Assembly: GCA_046330055.1 (NCBI GenBank)
Contig: JAXLTM010000014.1
Location: 1,347-65,346, forward strand
Length of the DNA stretch: 64,000 nucleotides
Direction: 5' to 3'
Source: Bacteroidia bacterium
Lineage (GTDB): Bacteria > Bacteroidota > Bacteroidia > AKYH767-A > 2013-40CM-41-45
The notes below the pieces were generated by a model that was not told where the DNA came from, did not search any database, and was given only the letters and a program-made list of their open reading frames with translations. The position numbers were made by a program, and so were the translations under genes. Below, in pieces: positions 1 through 11,080 of this stretch; positions within the stretch are counted from its first letter, which is position 1, and each line of letters starts with the position of its first letter.

Positions 1-698
1 TGCGTGGAATGGATGAACTGAAAGACGAATTTCTCTATACAGTAACACATGAATTGCGAACGCCTCTGACTTCTATCCGGGCTTTGTCGGAAATCGTTCA
101 TGATAATCCCGACATGTCGGATGAGCAAAAGCAGCATTATTTGTCGACCGTCGTTCGCGAAACAGAACGGCTTTCGCATTTAATTACACAGGTGCTGAAT
201 CTGGAGCGATATGAATCAGGAAGGCAACGATTAAATCTAAATCCGGTTGAACTCAATGTACTTGTTAAAGAAGTTCTGGAGGCATTCGATCATCAGTTAA
301 CCTCAAGAAAGATTGAATTGCATCTGAATTTGCCTGATTCCATGCTGCTTGTTCGTTGCGACCGTGATCTGGTTCGTCAGGTCCTTGTGAATTTGATTTC
401 GAATGCCCTGAAATTTGTTCCGGACGATACCGGCAAGATTGACGTCAATGTACGGATGGATGATTCGGAAGTTTTCATAATGGTAGCAGACAATGGAAAG
501 GGAATAGAGCGCGAATTGCATGAGTTGATATTTGATAAGTTCTTCCAGGCGCGAAACCAGACGATCAAAAAGCCTGAGGGAAGCGGCCTCGGACTTGCAA
601 TCAGCCGCAAAATTGTTGAAATGCATGGAGGTAAAATCTGGGTGGAAAGTGAGCCCGGTAAAGGTTCACGCTTTATCTTTACGCTGCCGATGCAATAA
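1..698 (+). CDS. Sensor histidine kinase, C-terminal HisKA + HATPase_c portion (5-prime end lies outside the window)
   Basis: The frame is open from the window edge. It has an H-box ([13 protein letters not shown]), an N-box (LISNALKF) and G-boxes ([14 protein letters not shown]). Confidence 0.9.
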   Translation, partial: RGMDELKDEFLYTVTHELRTPLTSIRALSEIVHDNPDMSDEQKQHYLSTVVRETERLSHLITQVLNLERYESGRQRLNLNPVELNVLVKEVLEAFDHQLTSRKIELHLNLPDSMLLVRCDRDLVRQVLVNLISNALKFVPDDTGKIDVNVRMDDSEVFIMVADNGKGIERELHELIFDKFFQARNQTIKKPEGSGLGLAISRKIVEMHGGKIWVESEPGKGSRFIFTLPMQ

Positions 699-709
699 GC
701 ATTTTTTTT

Positions 710-1072
710 ATGTCTAAAATTCTCATAGTAGACGACGATCCGAATATTCTCATGTCGCTTGAGTTCCTCATGAACAAAAGTGGTTATGAAGTACGCGTTG
801 CCCGAAATGGCAAGGAAGCGATCGAAATCGTTAACAAGGAGATTCCCGATTTGGTGCTCCTCGATATCATGATGCCTGATGTGGACGGTTATGCTATTTG
901 CAAGCATATCAAAGGCACGGCAAAGCTGAAACACATTCTCGTTGTTTTTCTCTCAGCTAAGACTAAGGAGAGTGATATTCAAAAGGGTTATTCAATGGGA
1001 GCTTCTCTCTATGTAACCAAACCATTCTCCACCCGCGACCTCATGAAAGAAATCAAATCACTTCTCGATTAA
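710..1072 (+). CDS. Stand-alone response regulator receiver domain
   Basis: It has VDDD, a phospho-acceptor Asp in LVLLDIMMPDVDG, FLSAK and TKPF, and no output domain. It starts 12 nt after the kinase stop. Confidence 0.9.
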   Translation: MSKILIVDDDPNILMSLEFLMNKSGYEVRVARNGKEAIEIVNKEIPDLVLLDIMMPDVDGYAICKHIKGTAKLKHILVVFLSAKTKESDIQKGYSMGASLYVTKPFSTRDLMKEIKSLLD

Positions 1073-1165
1073 ATCCGGGAAAAGATTTGATAAATGAAAT
1101 TCTCCGCACGTTTTCAATTTCCCGGTAAAATCGAATCATTCAAGAAAGGCTTTCTATCCCAAATC

Positions 1166-1305
1166 TAATTACTAATCACTAGTAACCGGTAATCAGTAAC
1201 CGGTAATCAGTAATCAGTAACCGGTAACCGGTAATCAGTAACCAGTAACCAGTAACCAGCAACCGGTAACTAGCAATCAGTAACCAGTAACTAATCTGCT
1301 AATTA
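1166..1305. repeat. Tandem heptamer array (TAACCGG/TAATCAG/TAACCAG, consensus TAAYCRG), about 20 units
   Basis: Read directly from the sequence. It is intergenic between the response regulator and prpE. Confidence 0.9.
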
Positions 1306-1340
1306 GATATACTTTTCTCCCCATCCACCCATTTGCGCCT

Positions 1341-1348
1341 TACATTTG
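1341..1348 (+). promoter_or_regulatory. Candidate Bacteroidota -7 promoter box TACATTTG (TAnnTTTG)
   Basis: It matches the TAnnTTTG consensus exactly and sits 21 nt upstream of the ATG at 1370. No well-spaced -33 TTTG was found. Confidence 0.35.
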
Positions 1349-1369
1349 TTTGTAGAAAAGCTCACTCAA

Positions 1370-3265
1370 ATGAATGCAAATGAAAATTATCAGAGTATTT
1401 ATCGCAGGAGTATTGAAGAGAAGGAATCATTCTGGTCAGAACAAGCCGGGGCGATAGACTGGTATCAGTTTCCGCAAACTATACTTTCCAAAGATCAGTT
1501 TGGACATGATCGCTGGTTTACGGATGGATGGCTGAATACTTCATATCTGTGCCTTGACAAACATATCGCTGACGGACGAGGTTCACAGACTGCATTGATT
1601 TACGATTCACCATCGACCGGAGCAAAGCGAAAGTATACCTATGCACAATTACTTGATCGCGTTTCGCGGTTTGCAGGTGGTATGAGAGAGCTGGGAATCG
1701 GCAAAGGCGATCGTGTCGTAATTTATATGCCAATGATTCCGGAAGCTGTTGTTGCCATGCTTGCCTGTGCAAGGCTCGGGGCAATTCATTCCGTCGTCTT
1801 TGGCGGATTTGCGCCGCATGAATTAGCCATGCGAATTGACGACGCCGAACCAAAGGCTATAATCACAGCTTCATTCGGAGTGGAATTTGATCGTATCATA
1901 CCCTACAAGCCAATGGTAGATCATGCTATTCAGGAAGCTAATTACAAACCGCAATACAAAATAGTTTTTCAGAGAAAAGAAAATTACGATGTTCTTAATG
2001 GTGTAGACGAAATAGATTTTTCAAATTTAGAGCTTTCATCACCTGTTGACGCAGTTCCTGTTTTAGCTACCGATCCTCTCTACATTTTATACACCAGCGG
2101 TACCACGGGAAAGCCGAAAGGTATTATACGGGATCATGGTGGTCACGCTGTTGCTTTGAAGTTTAGCATGACAAATATTTACAATGTCAAAGCCGGTGAT
2201 GTATACTGGGCAGCAAGCGATGTAGGTTGGGTCGTTGGTCATTCTTACATTGTATATGGTCCTCTTTTGCAAGGCTGCACAACGATTCTGTATGAAGGAA
2301 AGCCGGTGCGCACACCTGATGCCGGTGCTTTCTGGAGAGTAATTTCAGAATATGGAGTAAATGTTATGTTTACGGCACCGACTGCAATTCGTGCTATTCG
2401 AAAAGAGGATCCTGAAGGAAAATTGTTTTCAAGATATGATCTGACATCATTGAATTATTTTTTCCTCGCCGGTGAAAGATGCGACCCGCCAACATATAAA
2501 TGGCTTTACGAATTGATTCAACGGCCCGTTATTGATCACTGGTGGCAAACTGAAAGCGGTTGGCCAATGCTTGGAATCATGATGGGCATTGAACCTCTTC
2601 GTCCACGCGCAGGGTCAGCTGGTTTTCCTGTGTGTGGTTTTGATATCCGTATTTTGGATGAAGGTGGTCATGAAGTAGAAGCAGAGAAAGAAGGATATGT
2701 CGCCATTAAACTTCCTTTGCCTCCGGGTTGTCTTCCGAATTTATGGAGAAATGAAGAACGCTTTGTAAAAGGTTATCTCGAACATTTCCCCGGCTATTAT
2801 CAGGCCGGTGATGGTGGATACAAAGACAAGGATGGATATTTCTATATCATGGGACGAATTGATGATGTCATAAATGTCAGCGGACATCGATTGAGTACAG
2901 GCGAAATGGAAGAAATGGTTGCATCACATTCTGATATTGCAGAATGTGCTGTCGTTGGAATTTCAGATGAGCTGCGCGGACAACGCCCTGTAGCATTTGT
3001 TGTATTGAAAGACGGCATTCATACCGGTGAGCAGCAAATCGAAGATGAACTCGTTCATCTCATACGTGAGAAGATCGGTCCGATTGCATTTTTCAAAACT
3101 GCATTAGTCGTAAAGCGTCTTCCAAAAACACGCAGCGGAAAAATTTTGCGCAAGACTATTCGAAGCATTGTAGACGGAACTCCTTACATCGTTCCTTCAA
3201 CGATTGATGATCCATTGATCTTAGTAGAAATTGCTCAGTCGTGGGAGAGAAAAGTAGCCGTATAA
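1370..3265 (+). CDS. prpE: Propionyl-CoA synthetase-like short-chain acyl-CoA synthetase (Acs/PrpE family)
   Basis: It has YTSGTTGKPKG, IGAIHSVVFGGFA, ASDVGWVVGHSYIVYGPLL, WWQTESGWP, DDVINVSGHRLSTGEMEE and LPKTRSGKILR, and resembles PrpE end to end. I prefer the ATG at 1370 to the TTG at 1346, which overlaps the -7 box. Confidence 0.85.
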   Translation: MNANENYQSIYRRSIEEKESFWSEQAGAIDWYQFPQTILSKDQFGHDRWFTDGWLNTSYLCLDKHIADGRGSQTALIYDSPSTGAKRKYTYAQLLDRVSRFAGGMRELGIGKGDRVVIYMPMIPEAVVAMLACARLGAIHSVVFGGFAPHELAMRIDDAEPKAIITASFGVEFDRIIPYKPMVDHAIQEANYKPQYKIVFQRKENYDVLNGVDEIDFSNLELSSPVDAVPVLATDPLYILYTSGTTGKPKGIIRDHGGHAVALKFSMTNIYNVKAGDVYWAASDVGWVVGHSYIVYGPLLQGCTTILYEGKPVRTPDAGAFWRVISEYGVNVMFTAPTAIRAIRKEDPEGKLFSRYDLTSLNYFFLAGERCDPPTYKWLYELIQRPVIDHWWQTESGWPMLGIMMGIEPLRPRAGSAGFPVCGFDIRILDEGGHEVEAEKEGYVAIKLPLPPGCLPNLWRNEERFVKGYLEHFPGYYQAGDGGYKDKDGYFYIMGRIDDVINVSGHRLSTGEMEEMVASHSDIAECAVVGISDELRGQRPVAFVVLKDGIHTGEQQIEDELVHLIREKIGPIAFFKTALVVKRLPKTRSGKILRKTIRSIVDGTPYIVPSTIDDPLILVEIAQSWERKVAV

Positions 3266-3287
3266 TTTCACTGCATCTAAAAAGAAA

Positions 3288-3314
3288 ACCCGTACCGGCG
3301 ATACCGATACGGGT
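3288..3314. terminator. Hairpin between convergent prpE and the fasciclin gene (ACCCGTA..TACGGGT)
   Basis: A 7-bp stem with a 13-nt loop sits in an A/T-rich context between two converging genes. Confidence 0.35.
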
Positions 3315-3344
3315 TGGATAATAAATAAACAAACCCCAAACAGG

Positions 3345-3923
3345 TTATTTTGATGGTGCCAGCAACACCTGGTCAATCACGTGGATGATGCCATTTGAAG
3401 CTTGAATAGATGCTACTACTGTAGCTGTTCCATTCACCATGATTTTACCATCTTTTTTGGAGATCTTAATATTGCCTCCGTTAACCTGACCGAGGACTTG
3501 TCCGTCCTGCAATGCATCGGCCTGATATACTCCAACGGAAACATGATACTGCAGGATGTCCTGCAATGCTTCTTTTTTCTCAGGTTTGAGCAAACCTTCA
3601 ACTGTTCCTTTCGGAAGCGCATCAAAAGCAGCATTGGTTGGAGCAAAGACAGTGAATGGTCCTGCATTGCTGAGTGCGTCAACGAGTTCGGCAGCTTTTA
3701 CAGCAGCAACGAGTGTAGTATGATCTGCACTTCCTGAGGCAACCTGTACAATGTTTTTTGCAGAGACATCATCTTGTACACCTGATTGTCCTGTTGCTTT
3801 TTCCTGCGAAGCAGTCGCAGTTTCATTACCTGAATTAGTAGTTTGTTGATTGTCGCCCGAGCCACACGCACTGAAACACAAGGATAGCGCAGCAGCATAA
3901 AGTAAGGCGTTAAAATTTTTCAT
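3345..3923 (-). CDS. Fasciclin (FAS1) domain lipoprotein
   Basis: It has a lipoprotein signal (LSLCFSAC) and FAS1 motifs (TVFAPTNAAFDALP, NGIIHVIDQVLL). Confidence 0.9.
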   Translation of the reverse strand: MKNFNALLYAAALSLCFSACGSGDNQQTTNSGNETATASQEKATGQSGVQDDVSAKNIVQVASGSADHTTLVAAVKAAELVDALSNAGPFTVFAPTNAAFDALPKGTVEGLLKPEKKEALQDILQYHVSVGVYQADALQDGQVLGQVNGGNIKISKKDGKIMVNGTATVVASIQASNGIIHVIDQVLLAPSK

Positions 3924-4018
3924 GCGGTTTGGATTTTGTTTGTTTGCATGATAAAATTAGAATGGCTATGAGAGGGGATTTATGATTCGGATCATAAGTG
4001 ATAAGAGTCATGTTCTTG

Positions 4019-4053
4019 GGAGTAAGTAGTAATTAGTAAGTAGTAATTAGTAG
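4019..4053. repeat. Tandem AGTAAGTAGTAATT (GTAAGTA/GTAATTA words), about 2.5 units
   Basis: Read directly. A related array in inverted orientation lies at about 4324-4356. Confidence 0.8.
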
Positions 4054-4349
4054 GTGGAGAGGAAAAGGTTTTGGGGTCAAAGTTTGGCGAGCTTTTGTTT
4101 CTGGCTGCCATTAGTTAGGCTAATCGAAAAATCCAAGTTTATGAAGTAAGAATGTATGATAATCTATCTTCACTATTGCTTATTCTTTGAATACGCCTAG
4201 AAAATGCATCAGCTTTTAGAGTAGGACCGGAACTGAAGCAAGCTTGATGTCCATGAAAAAGTTCTTACTATGCAAGGCACAAAAACTCTAAATGAGAGTA
4301 GGTAGTGAAGCTGAGTATGCAGAACTACTTACCACTTACTACTTCCCGC

Positions 4350-4721
4350 TTACTTAAATATTTTCACCTGCATCACCGTCGCAATACTCATCGCTCTTTG
4401 CTTGGCGAGTTCGGCGTTGGAACCGGAGAAGAGGTGGTCGACTGTGGAGAGGAAAAGCCGGACCCATCTTTCGAAGTGTTGATGTTGGAAAGGAAGATGA
4501 GCATGAATCTTATCGTGGACCATGATGGGATTTCCCATGTATTTTCCGGAGAAGAAAATGGCATTATCCCAGAAATCATACATAATGTTGAGATGGTGTT
4601 GCCAGTCGCGTTTGACTGCTTCGGCAAAAAAAGGTTTGAGGCTTTCATCAGCCAGGACCTTTTCATAAAAAGAATTCACTAGTAATTCAATGTCGGATCT
4701 TTCCGCAATATCTCTTTTCAT
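4350..4721 (-). CDS. Group III truncated haemoglobin (bacterial globin family)
   Basis: The 123-aa sequence (LVNSFYEKV...PFF...HHLNIMYDFWDNAIF...Y.GNPM-like...HF.RWVRLF) is typical of Ctb-like trHbIII. It starts 18 nt downstream of nosY on the same strand. Confidence 0.8.
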   Translation of the reverse strand: MKRDIAERSDIELLVNSFYEKVLADESLKPFFAEAVKRDWQHHLNIMYDFWDNAIFFSGKYMGNPIMVHDKIHAHLPFQHQHFERWVRLFLSTVDHLFSGSNAELAKQRAMSIATVMQVKIFK

Positions 4722-4739
4722 TTGGCGACGCTAATATAA

Positions 4740-5507
4740 CTATAAATCCTTTTTCTGAAATTTAACTGTGGAACGCCACATAGGCAGGGCGGCCCAAAGT
4801 ACAAGTACTCCAAGTGAGATTAAAATTCCCTTGTGTGTTCCGAAGAAATCCTTGAACACAGCTCCCGTATATCCCATGAGTGCTGATATGTCGAGCCGGA
4901 GTAGAATGTTGATTCGCGTAAGGTCGATCGGATTCAGGGCACTCATTACCATCATCGGTTTCTCCAGCGGGTAATCTGAAAACTGGAATAACAGGAAGAG
5001 AACAATGGCATCGTAGATTACAGCAAAGTAGAGCCAAAGCAGGATGGCTTTTCCGATGCCACGCGCTTTATCTCTCGTTGTCACCGTAGCCAGCATGGAA
5101 ATGGCCGTGAAAACGATGGTCAGCAAACATCCGCAAACAACCATGACGAGCCCCGTGATGGACGGTTCGTTGAGAAGAATCACGATTCCGCTACCCAACA
5201 GAAAGGCTATGCAAAGTGAACTTGATAATCCTGAAAATACACTAAGCCAGATGAATCTTCTTCGTATTGGCTGACAAACAAGCAGGTCGATAAACTCTGA
5301 TGAGTTGTAAATATAAATAGAGGAGAAGATAATTGAAACCAACGGGACAATCAGGAGGATCACATTCATTAAACTGATCAGGCCTTTCGAAGTATTGTCA
5401 TCAAAACTGAAAATGCTAAGTGAAATAAGTAAAAGAAAAACCGTATAGAACAAGACGATTTTATTTCTTGTGATATCCACAATTACATATTTGATGATCT
5501 TGTTCAT
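4740..5507 (-). CDS. nosY: ABC-2 type permease, NosY-like
   Basis: It is a 6-TM hydrophobic 255-aa protein whose start overlaps the nosF stop. The call rests on its position in the nos cluster. Confidence 0.75.
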   Translation of the reverse strand: MNKIIKYVIVDITRNKIVLFYTVFLLLISLSIFSFDDNTSKGLISLMNVILLIVPLVSIIFSSIYIYNSSEFIDLLVCQPIRRRFIWLSVFSGLSSSLCIAFLLGSGIVILLNEPSITGLVMVVCGCLLTIVFTAISMLATVTTRDKARGIGKAILLWLYFAVIYDAIVLFLLFQFSDYPLEKPMMVMSALNPIDLTRINILLRLDISALMGYTGAVFKDFFGTHKGILISLGVLVLWAALPMWRSTVKFQKKDL

Positions 5508-6217
5508 GCGTTTTCAGTTGCAAAAATATTGGCCAGCACACCTGACAGTTTATTCTGCCCGGTTTCCTGACGAAGTGTATCCATGTTTTTATGCAGTACA
5601 ATCTTTCCTTCCTGCATATAAATTACCTGTGTGACCAACTCATCGAGCTCGCTGAGAATATGCGAAGTGATGATGATGAGTTTGCCTTTCTGTTTTTCCT
5701 TTACGATTTTTTCTTTCAGGATTTCAGCGGCGTGAGGGTCCAAACCCGCTGTCGGCTCATCCAAAATTAAGCAGGATGGATTAAATAAAAATGCAAGTGA
5801 AGCGCTGACTTTCTGGCGAGTTCCCCCTGAAAGTGTACGCATTCTTTTTTCAGTCAGCGTATCGAGTTTGAAGGAGTAGTAGAGCTCTTCATCTAATTGA
5901 GTAACGGAATTTTTCCGAATATCTTTCATCATGTGAAAGACCTGGCCAATCGTCATGTTATCGGGGTAACGTCCGATCTGCGGCATGTAACCGATGTGAC
6001 TTCTGTACTGCCAGTTGTTCCGGATTTCTTTCTCCATGAATTTTATGCTCCCTTCATCCGGAACAACCATGCCCAGTACAGATTTTATCAATGTTGTTTT
6101 TCCGCTTCCGTTTGGTCCGATCAACGCAATACATTCCCCATTGCCGCAATCCAGATTGATGGCATTAAGTGCTTTAAGTTTACCAAAGCGTTTGGATATG
6201 TTTTTTATCTCGATCAA
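5504..6217 (-). CDS. nosF: ABC transporter ATP-binding protein, NosF-like
   Basis: It has Walker A (GPNGSGKTT), the signature LSGGTRQK and Walker B (LILDEP). It overlaps nosD and nosY by 4 nt each. Confidence 0.85.
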   Translation of the reverse strand: MIEIKNISKRFGKLKALNAINLDCGNGECIALIGPNGSGKTTLIKSVLGMVVPDEGSIKFMEKEIRNNWQYRSHIGYMPQIGRYPDNMTIGQVFHMMKDIRKNSVTQLDEELYYSFKLDTLTEKRMRTLSGGTRQKVSASLAFLFNPSCLILDEPTAGLDPHAAEILKEKIVKEKQKGKLIIITSHILSELDELVTQVIYMQEGKIVLHKNMDTLRQETGQNKLSGVLANIFATENA

Positions 6218-7462
6218 AAGCCGGGTTTCATCAGTGGTTTGTCGTCTTTTAAATTTTCCGGTATCAAAGTTGGGACTACTTTCTCCGTTCTGTCTAGCAA
6301 TGATATTAGTACGCTTCGGAACAATATCATTGATTGCGGATTTGTTTCTATGATCATGGAGAACATACTGATCGGGCGGTAGGCCACATCTCCGTAATTG
6401 TCTTTGTTCAGATCGTATCCTTCGTATTTATCCCAATAATTTTCAGAAAAATAATTCAGCACCAGCGTTCCATTCGTTGCAACGTCGAAAGAGTTTGACC
6501 GGAAATTGCAATGTGTTACTTTAACATCCATGCAACTGGCCTGAATACGCATTGCCCAGCCATTATTTGTAAAAATATTTTTTGTCATTTCAATGCGCCT
6601 ATTCCTTCCATGTAAATGCCTGTGGTATTGCGGTTGAAATGATTTCCCTGAATATAACTGTCGCTGATTTCTTTTAAAAGTAACCCGTATGCTGCATCAC
6701 CCCAATTCAATTCAAAAGTGTTGTTATACATTCTTACGCCATGTGTGAACATCACTGCTACACCTGCACTGTTATTACTGAAGAAAGGCTAATGTATGAG
6801 TCATTATGAGAAAACATAAAATGTAAACCATAACGGATGTTTTTGCAGGAATTGTTCAACCAGATGAGGGAGTTGGTTACAAACTCAAAGTAAATCCCGT
6901 CGCGATGACCGCTGATCGTATTCCCGGTAATCTGCATACTGTCGGATTTCCAGCAGTGGATACCGTTGCCGATCTCCTGTTCCAGCTTGCCATGACTTGT
7001 CAGTCTGTTGTTTTTGATGATGTATCCGATGGCATACTGTGCGTAGATGCCAAAGAAAGTATCGTTCACAATGTTGTTGACGATTTGTAGTATTTCTCTT
7101 GAATCATAGATCTTTATTCCTGCGGGGTCTTGTAATGAGGCATATCCGGAATGCTGAATGGTGAAGCCTTCAAAAGTTACGCTGTCGGCCTTGATAGAAA
7201 TGATTTCACCCTTGCTCTCTCCGTCAATAATCGGATAGCCTTTTCCAATCAGATGAAGTTTTTTCGTGATTATAATATTTCCTTCCTTATAGATGCCCGG
7301 ATTTACAAGGATGGTATCGCCGTTTTTTGAATTTGAAATGGCAGCCGTAATTTTCTGAAAATCGCCATGGGCGCCAACCGTGAGTTGACGAGCTTGTGCT
7401 TTAAAGCAAAAGATCAGGAGTAAAGAGAAAATTAAAGTCAGGCTTTTTTCATGGTCACTCAT
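6214..7462 (-). pseudogene. nosD: NosD-like periplasmic beta-helix copper-binding protein, frame broken twice
   Basis: The ORFs 6758-7462 and 6214-6588 bracket an unlisted open middle piece (NNSAGVAVMFTHGVRMYNNTFELNWGDAAYGLLLKEISDSYIQGNHF). Shifts fall near 6782-6786 (CCTTTCTTC) and near 6600. Confidence 0.8.
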
Positions 7463-8318
7463 AAAGTGAATTCCATTTTATTTCTTCACCTGCAAGAGTC
7501 GATTGATAACTTTTCAGGCTGTCGTTGCTGCCAAATGCAGCGATATTGGAACCCATCGGGCTTCTTAAGGCATCACTCTTTAAAAAGAAGGATGATTGTA
7601 CATTGATTAAACTATTTTGTCCGCAAAAATCAGCGCTGTAAATTTCTTTGATGTCGGCTTTTTTGATTCCACCTTCTTTGATGTGCGAGAGCAGACAACC
7701 GATTTCATCATATTTATATATTTTTCCTTTTTTTGTAATTACTTCTGCACCGAATCGATTATTGGAAATCGTCATTGAGCAATAGCTGCAATTGTCTACT
7801 CCTAATTTTAATGCTTCCGGTTTTGTTGTACAACTGTTCATTGAGAAAAGTATGAAGCAAGAGACAACAGCAACCTTTAAAGATGCATTCTTTTTAATTT
7901 TACCTGCTCTGTATACCAAAACCAGAGAGAGAACCAGAAGTAGTCCGCTGGCGATAAAAAACCATCCGCCAATATCGGGAACGGAGTAGGCGCCGAAATT
8001 TAAAAGTTGTTTGAAGCCAATCAATGGTGGCTGGTATGCCATACCGGGAACGATAATGGCAGCATCCGGATTCAGATTGTGTCCGTAATTGTATTCCCAT
8101 TTCCAGAAGTCAATCATGGCGATTGTTCCAAACAGCACATAACAAATCAACAATACGTTGAGTAATTTCTTTTTACCTGCAATAGCAGTAACAAGGAAAA
8201 AAGCCGCAAAAAATCCAATGATGTAATTCAATATCGAAAACTCAATGAAGTCTTCCGTATGAAGTGTCTTCATACCGATGTAATGATTCGCCGTTGATGA
8301 TATCAACATTTCCCGCAT
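7455..8318 (-). CDS. nosL: NosL copper-chaperone domain preceded in frame by a 4-TM NosB-like membrane domain
   Basis: The C-terminal half holds a lipoprotein signal (KKNASLKVAVVSCFILFSMNSC) and the NosL motif CSYCSMTISNNRFGAEV...YDEIGC. No stop separates it from the upstream TM domain, and ATT stands where an ATG would be expected. Confidence 0.7.
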   Translation of the reverse strand: MREMLISSTANHYIGMKTLHTEDFIEFSILNYIIGFFAAFFLVTAIAGKKKLLNVLLICYVLFGTIAMIDFWKWEYNYGHNLNPDAAIIVPGMAYQPPLIGFKQLLNFGAYSVPDIGGWFFIASGLLLVLSLVLVYRAGKIKKNASLKVAVVSCFILFSMNSCTTKPEALKLGVDNCSYCSMTISNNRFGAEVITKKGKIYKYDEIGCLLSHIKEGGIKKADIKEIYSADFCGQNSLINVQSSFFLKSDALRSPMGSNIAAFGSNDSLKSYQSTLAGEEIKWNSLYE

Positions 8319-8478
8319 TTCTATTTGTATAGATAAGCAATCTCAATCCTTCCGGATACTGAGGTGCATCCAAATCAATTCTCCACATCGGAACAAACAT
8401 TACCCCCACCAACAACCCCGCTCCGATAATTAAGAACAGTTTCACTAATCCTCCAAACCCTGAATTTTCCTTTTGCAT
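8242..8478 (-). pseudogene. N-terminal fragment of the NosB-like membrane protein, joined to 7455-8318 by one frameshift
   Basis: ...NAGNVDIING in one frame continues as NHYIGMKTLHTEDFIEF in the next. The junction is near 8291-8295. Confidence 0.6.
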
Positions 8479-8497
8479 TTCAAATCCTTTCGAAAAA

Positions 8498-8530
8498 CTA
8501 ATTACTAATTACTACTTACTAATTACTAAC
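8498..8530. repeat. Tandem TAATTAC/TACTTAC heptamers
   Basis: Read directly. It lies between the nosZ stop and the NosB-like gene start. Confidence 0.85.
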
Positions 8531-10568
8531 AAAGTCCGGAAGCCCCCCGCTCTGTCATCAGGAGGCCTCCTGGACTAATCAACCTATTTCTTTTCTTCCG
8601 TTGCTGCCTGGCCGGTTGATTTTTTCCGGTGCTGAACGTCAATGGAACATTGCTGCCGGCAGGAGATACACGAACATATCCTTGCATTTCCTGATGCAGT
8701 GCACTGCAGAAATCCGTACAATACATTGGGAAAATTCCCACTCTGTCCGGAATCCATTTCAGTGTCTGAGTTTCACCCGGCATGATGAGAAGTTCACCAT
8801 TAATGGCGCTTTGATAGCAAAATCCATGCGGAACGTCCCAGTCTTGTTCGAGATTGGTGATGTGGAAGTATACTTCATCGCCCATTTTCACACCTTCACA
8901 TCCGGAGCGAAATGAGAGCGAATGGCAGTTGCATAAACATCAATGCGATTTCCTCGCGGCGTAACTTTAGTAGTTCCTTCACCTTTGGAAACGAATGGAT
9001 TTTCGTTGTCGTCAATCTTGAAAATCTTCAAGGAATTATTCTTGATCTTGTCGTCGCTACAGCTTGTGCATAGTGCGGTTCGCTTGTATGCGGAGAATCA
9101 ATTGCATTTTATCGCCGCTGATATCAAAGAGCTGAGCGCTTTGTGCCAATTCAGGTCCGGTAGGCAGGTAACGGTCTTTTGTAATCTTGTTATAAGCAAT
9201 CAGATATTTCGGATTCGGATTACGACTATCGCCACCCGGAACACACAAGTGACCGATGGAATAGAAGGTAGAAGCGCGGTCAAGAACTTTAAGGTCTTTA
9301 ATATTCCATTTCACTACTTCAGAAGAAACGAAGAATGAAGTGTACGCATTTCCTTTACCGTCGAATTCAGTATGCAGAGGACCAAGGCCCGGTTTTTTAA
9401 CTTCACCGTAGAGAACAGATTCATATTTCAGAACAGGAATGCCGTCGTATTCTCCGTCGAAATCTTTCTTCTCGATGGCAGCCTGCATTTTATCAAAACT
9501 GAATACAGGAATCAACGCTGCCAGTTTACCTGAGCCAACGATGTATTCTCCTGTTGGATCTACGTCGCAACCATGAGGTGATTTCGGACAAGGCATGAAG
9601 TAGCACAGCCCCGGAAGTTCTTTCGAATCAAGAACGGTTACTTCATTTTTAATTTCGCTTGTAGCAGAATGAGTTTTGTCGCTGTAAACATTGTGTGCAT
9701 ATTTCACCGCAACTTTCTTTCCTTTCCCTGCTTTGAGATATTCTTCTGCTTTCTTCCAGTTAACGGCAAGAATGAAATCCTTGTCGCGCTGAGAAGCATT
9801 TACTTCAAGCAAAGTGTTTGCCTGCTCTGTATTGTAGCAGGAGAAGAAGAACCAGCCATGTGATTTGGCTTTTCCGGCATGACTAAGGTCAAAGTTTACT
9901 CCCGGACACTGGATTTGAAAAGCGATATCCATATTGCCGGAAGTTTTGTCAACCGAAATAAAACTCAAAGTTCCTTTGAAATTCTTTTTATAAGTATTGA
10001 TAGGAACATCACCATTTGTATTATCTGGTGGAACGCTGAAACGTGTACCGGCTACGACGTACTCTGTGTTTTCAGTGATGAAAGGAGAAGAGTGATTACC
10101 TGCTGAATTTGGCAACTCGATAATTTCTGCGGTACGGAATGTTGTCAGATCAACGCGAGCTACACGTGGAGTGTTGTTGGCATTTCCAAAACACCAGCGA
10201 CCGTCGATTTCACCATTGGTCTGAGATAGTTCAGGGTGATGATAATCGTCCCACGGAACAAAGCCATGCGATGTATTCAACATTGCTTTGGTTTCTTCAG
10301 AATATCCCCATCCTTTTTCAGGATCCACACTGAAAACAGGAATGACACGAAGTAAACGTCCGGAAGGGAGACCATAGACAGAAAGCTGTCCGCTGAATCC
10401 ACCGCTGACGAAATTGTAGAACTCATCGTATTTACCCGGGGCTACATAAGCTTTTGCTGCAGCATCTCCGCTGATTGCCGAGCCTGCATTTTTGGGTTTA
10501 CACGAAGTAAAAGACAATGCTATGGAAAGTGCAGCCATAGCAAGCATACTGGTCTTAAAATTTTTCAT
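8526..10568 (-). pseudogene. nosZ: Clade II (Sec-type) nitrous-oxide reductase NosZ, with at least 3 frameshifts in 8890-9075
   Basis: It has a lipoprotein/Sec signal without twin-Arg (MKNFKTSMLAMAALSIALSFTSC) and a CuA motif (CTDFCSALHQEMQGY). Between the ORFs 9057-10568 and 8526-8891 the expected peptides EPHYAQAVA, KIKNNSLKIFKIDDNENPF...AIRSHFAPDVKV and VKMGDEV lie in different frames. Confidence 0.9.
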
Positions 10569-10597
10569 GGTATTGCGGTTATAGGTATTTGTAGAAA

Positions 10598-11080
10598 TTA
10601 TTTAACGCCGTCGTTTTTGCGCATGAATTCAAGAATGTTTCGCGCATCATCGTCTGAGAGATTCTGATTAGGCATTCTCACCAGACAGATTTCCAGCTGG
10701 GCCTGAGCTTTCGGGTCTTTGTTGAGCATTTCATCTGTATTGGTAACGAAGTTCATGATCCAAACCGGCTCATGACGACCTGTAACACCTTTCCATCCCG
10801 GACCTACTAATTTTTCATCTGTCAGTTTATGACATGCAGAGCATTTCACACCAAATACCTTCTCGCCTGCATCAGCTTTTGCGGCGTCGAGTCCGGCACC
10901 GATATCAACAGTGGTGAATTTTCCTTCACCGCGATTCGGATCATAGGAAGGATTTCCATTGGCAGTTGTGCTTTCAGAAGAAGGTTGAGAAGCTGCGTTT
11001 TCATTACCTGAATTTCCGCCGCAAGCGGAAGCGAGAATGATACCTGTCGAGAAAAGCAGGTAGAGGAATTTTGTTTTCAT
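10598..11080 (-). CDS. Mono-haem c-type cytochrome lipoprotein, first gene of the nos operon
   Basis: It has a lipobox (LASAC), a haem site (CSACH) and a distal MPNQ. There is a 29-nt gap to nosZ. Confidence 0.85.
   Translation of the reverse strand: MKTKFLYLLFSTGIILASACGGNSGNENAASQPSSESTTANGNPSYDPNRGEGKFTTVDIGAGLDAAKADAGEKVFGVKCSACHKLTDEKLVGPGWKGVTGRHEPVWIMNFVTNTDEMLNKDPKAQAQLEICLVRMPNQNLSDDDARNILEFMRKNDGVK

Noticed and set aside
303-934. Minus-strand ORFs of 107 and 185 aa overlapping the histidine kinase and response regulator
   Set aside because: They are antisense to two genes with unambiguous catalytic motifs and have no motifs of their own.
5897-6382. Plus-strand ORFs (161 and 112 aa) overlapping nosF/nosD
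   Set aside because: They are antisense to the Walker-motif-bearing nosF and have an odd, low-complexity composition.
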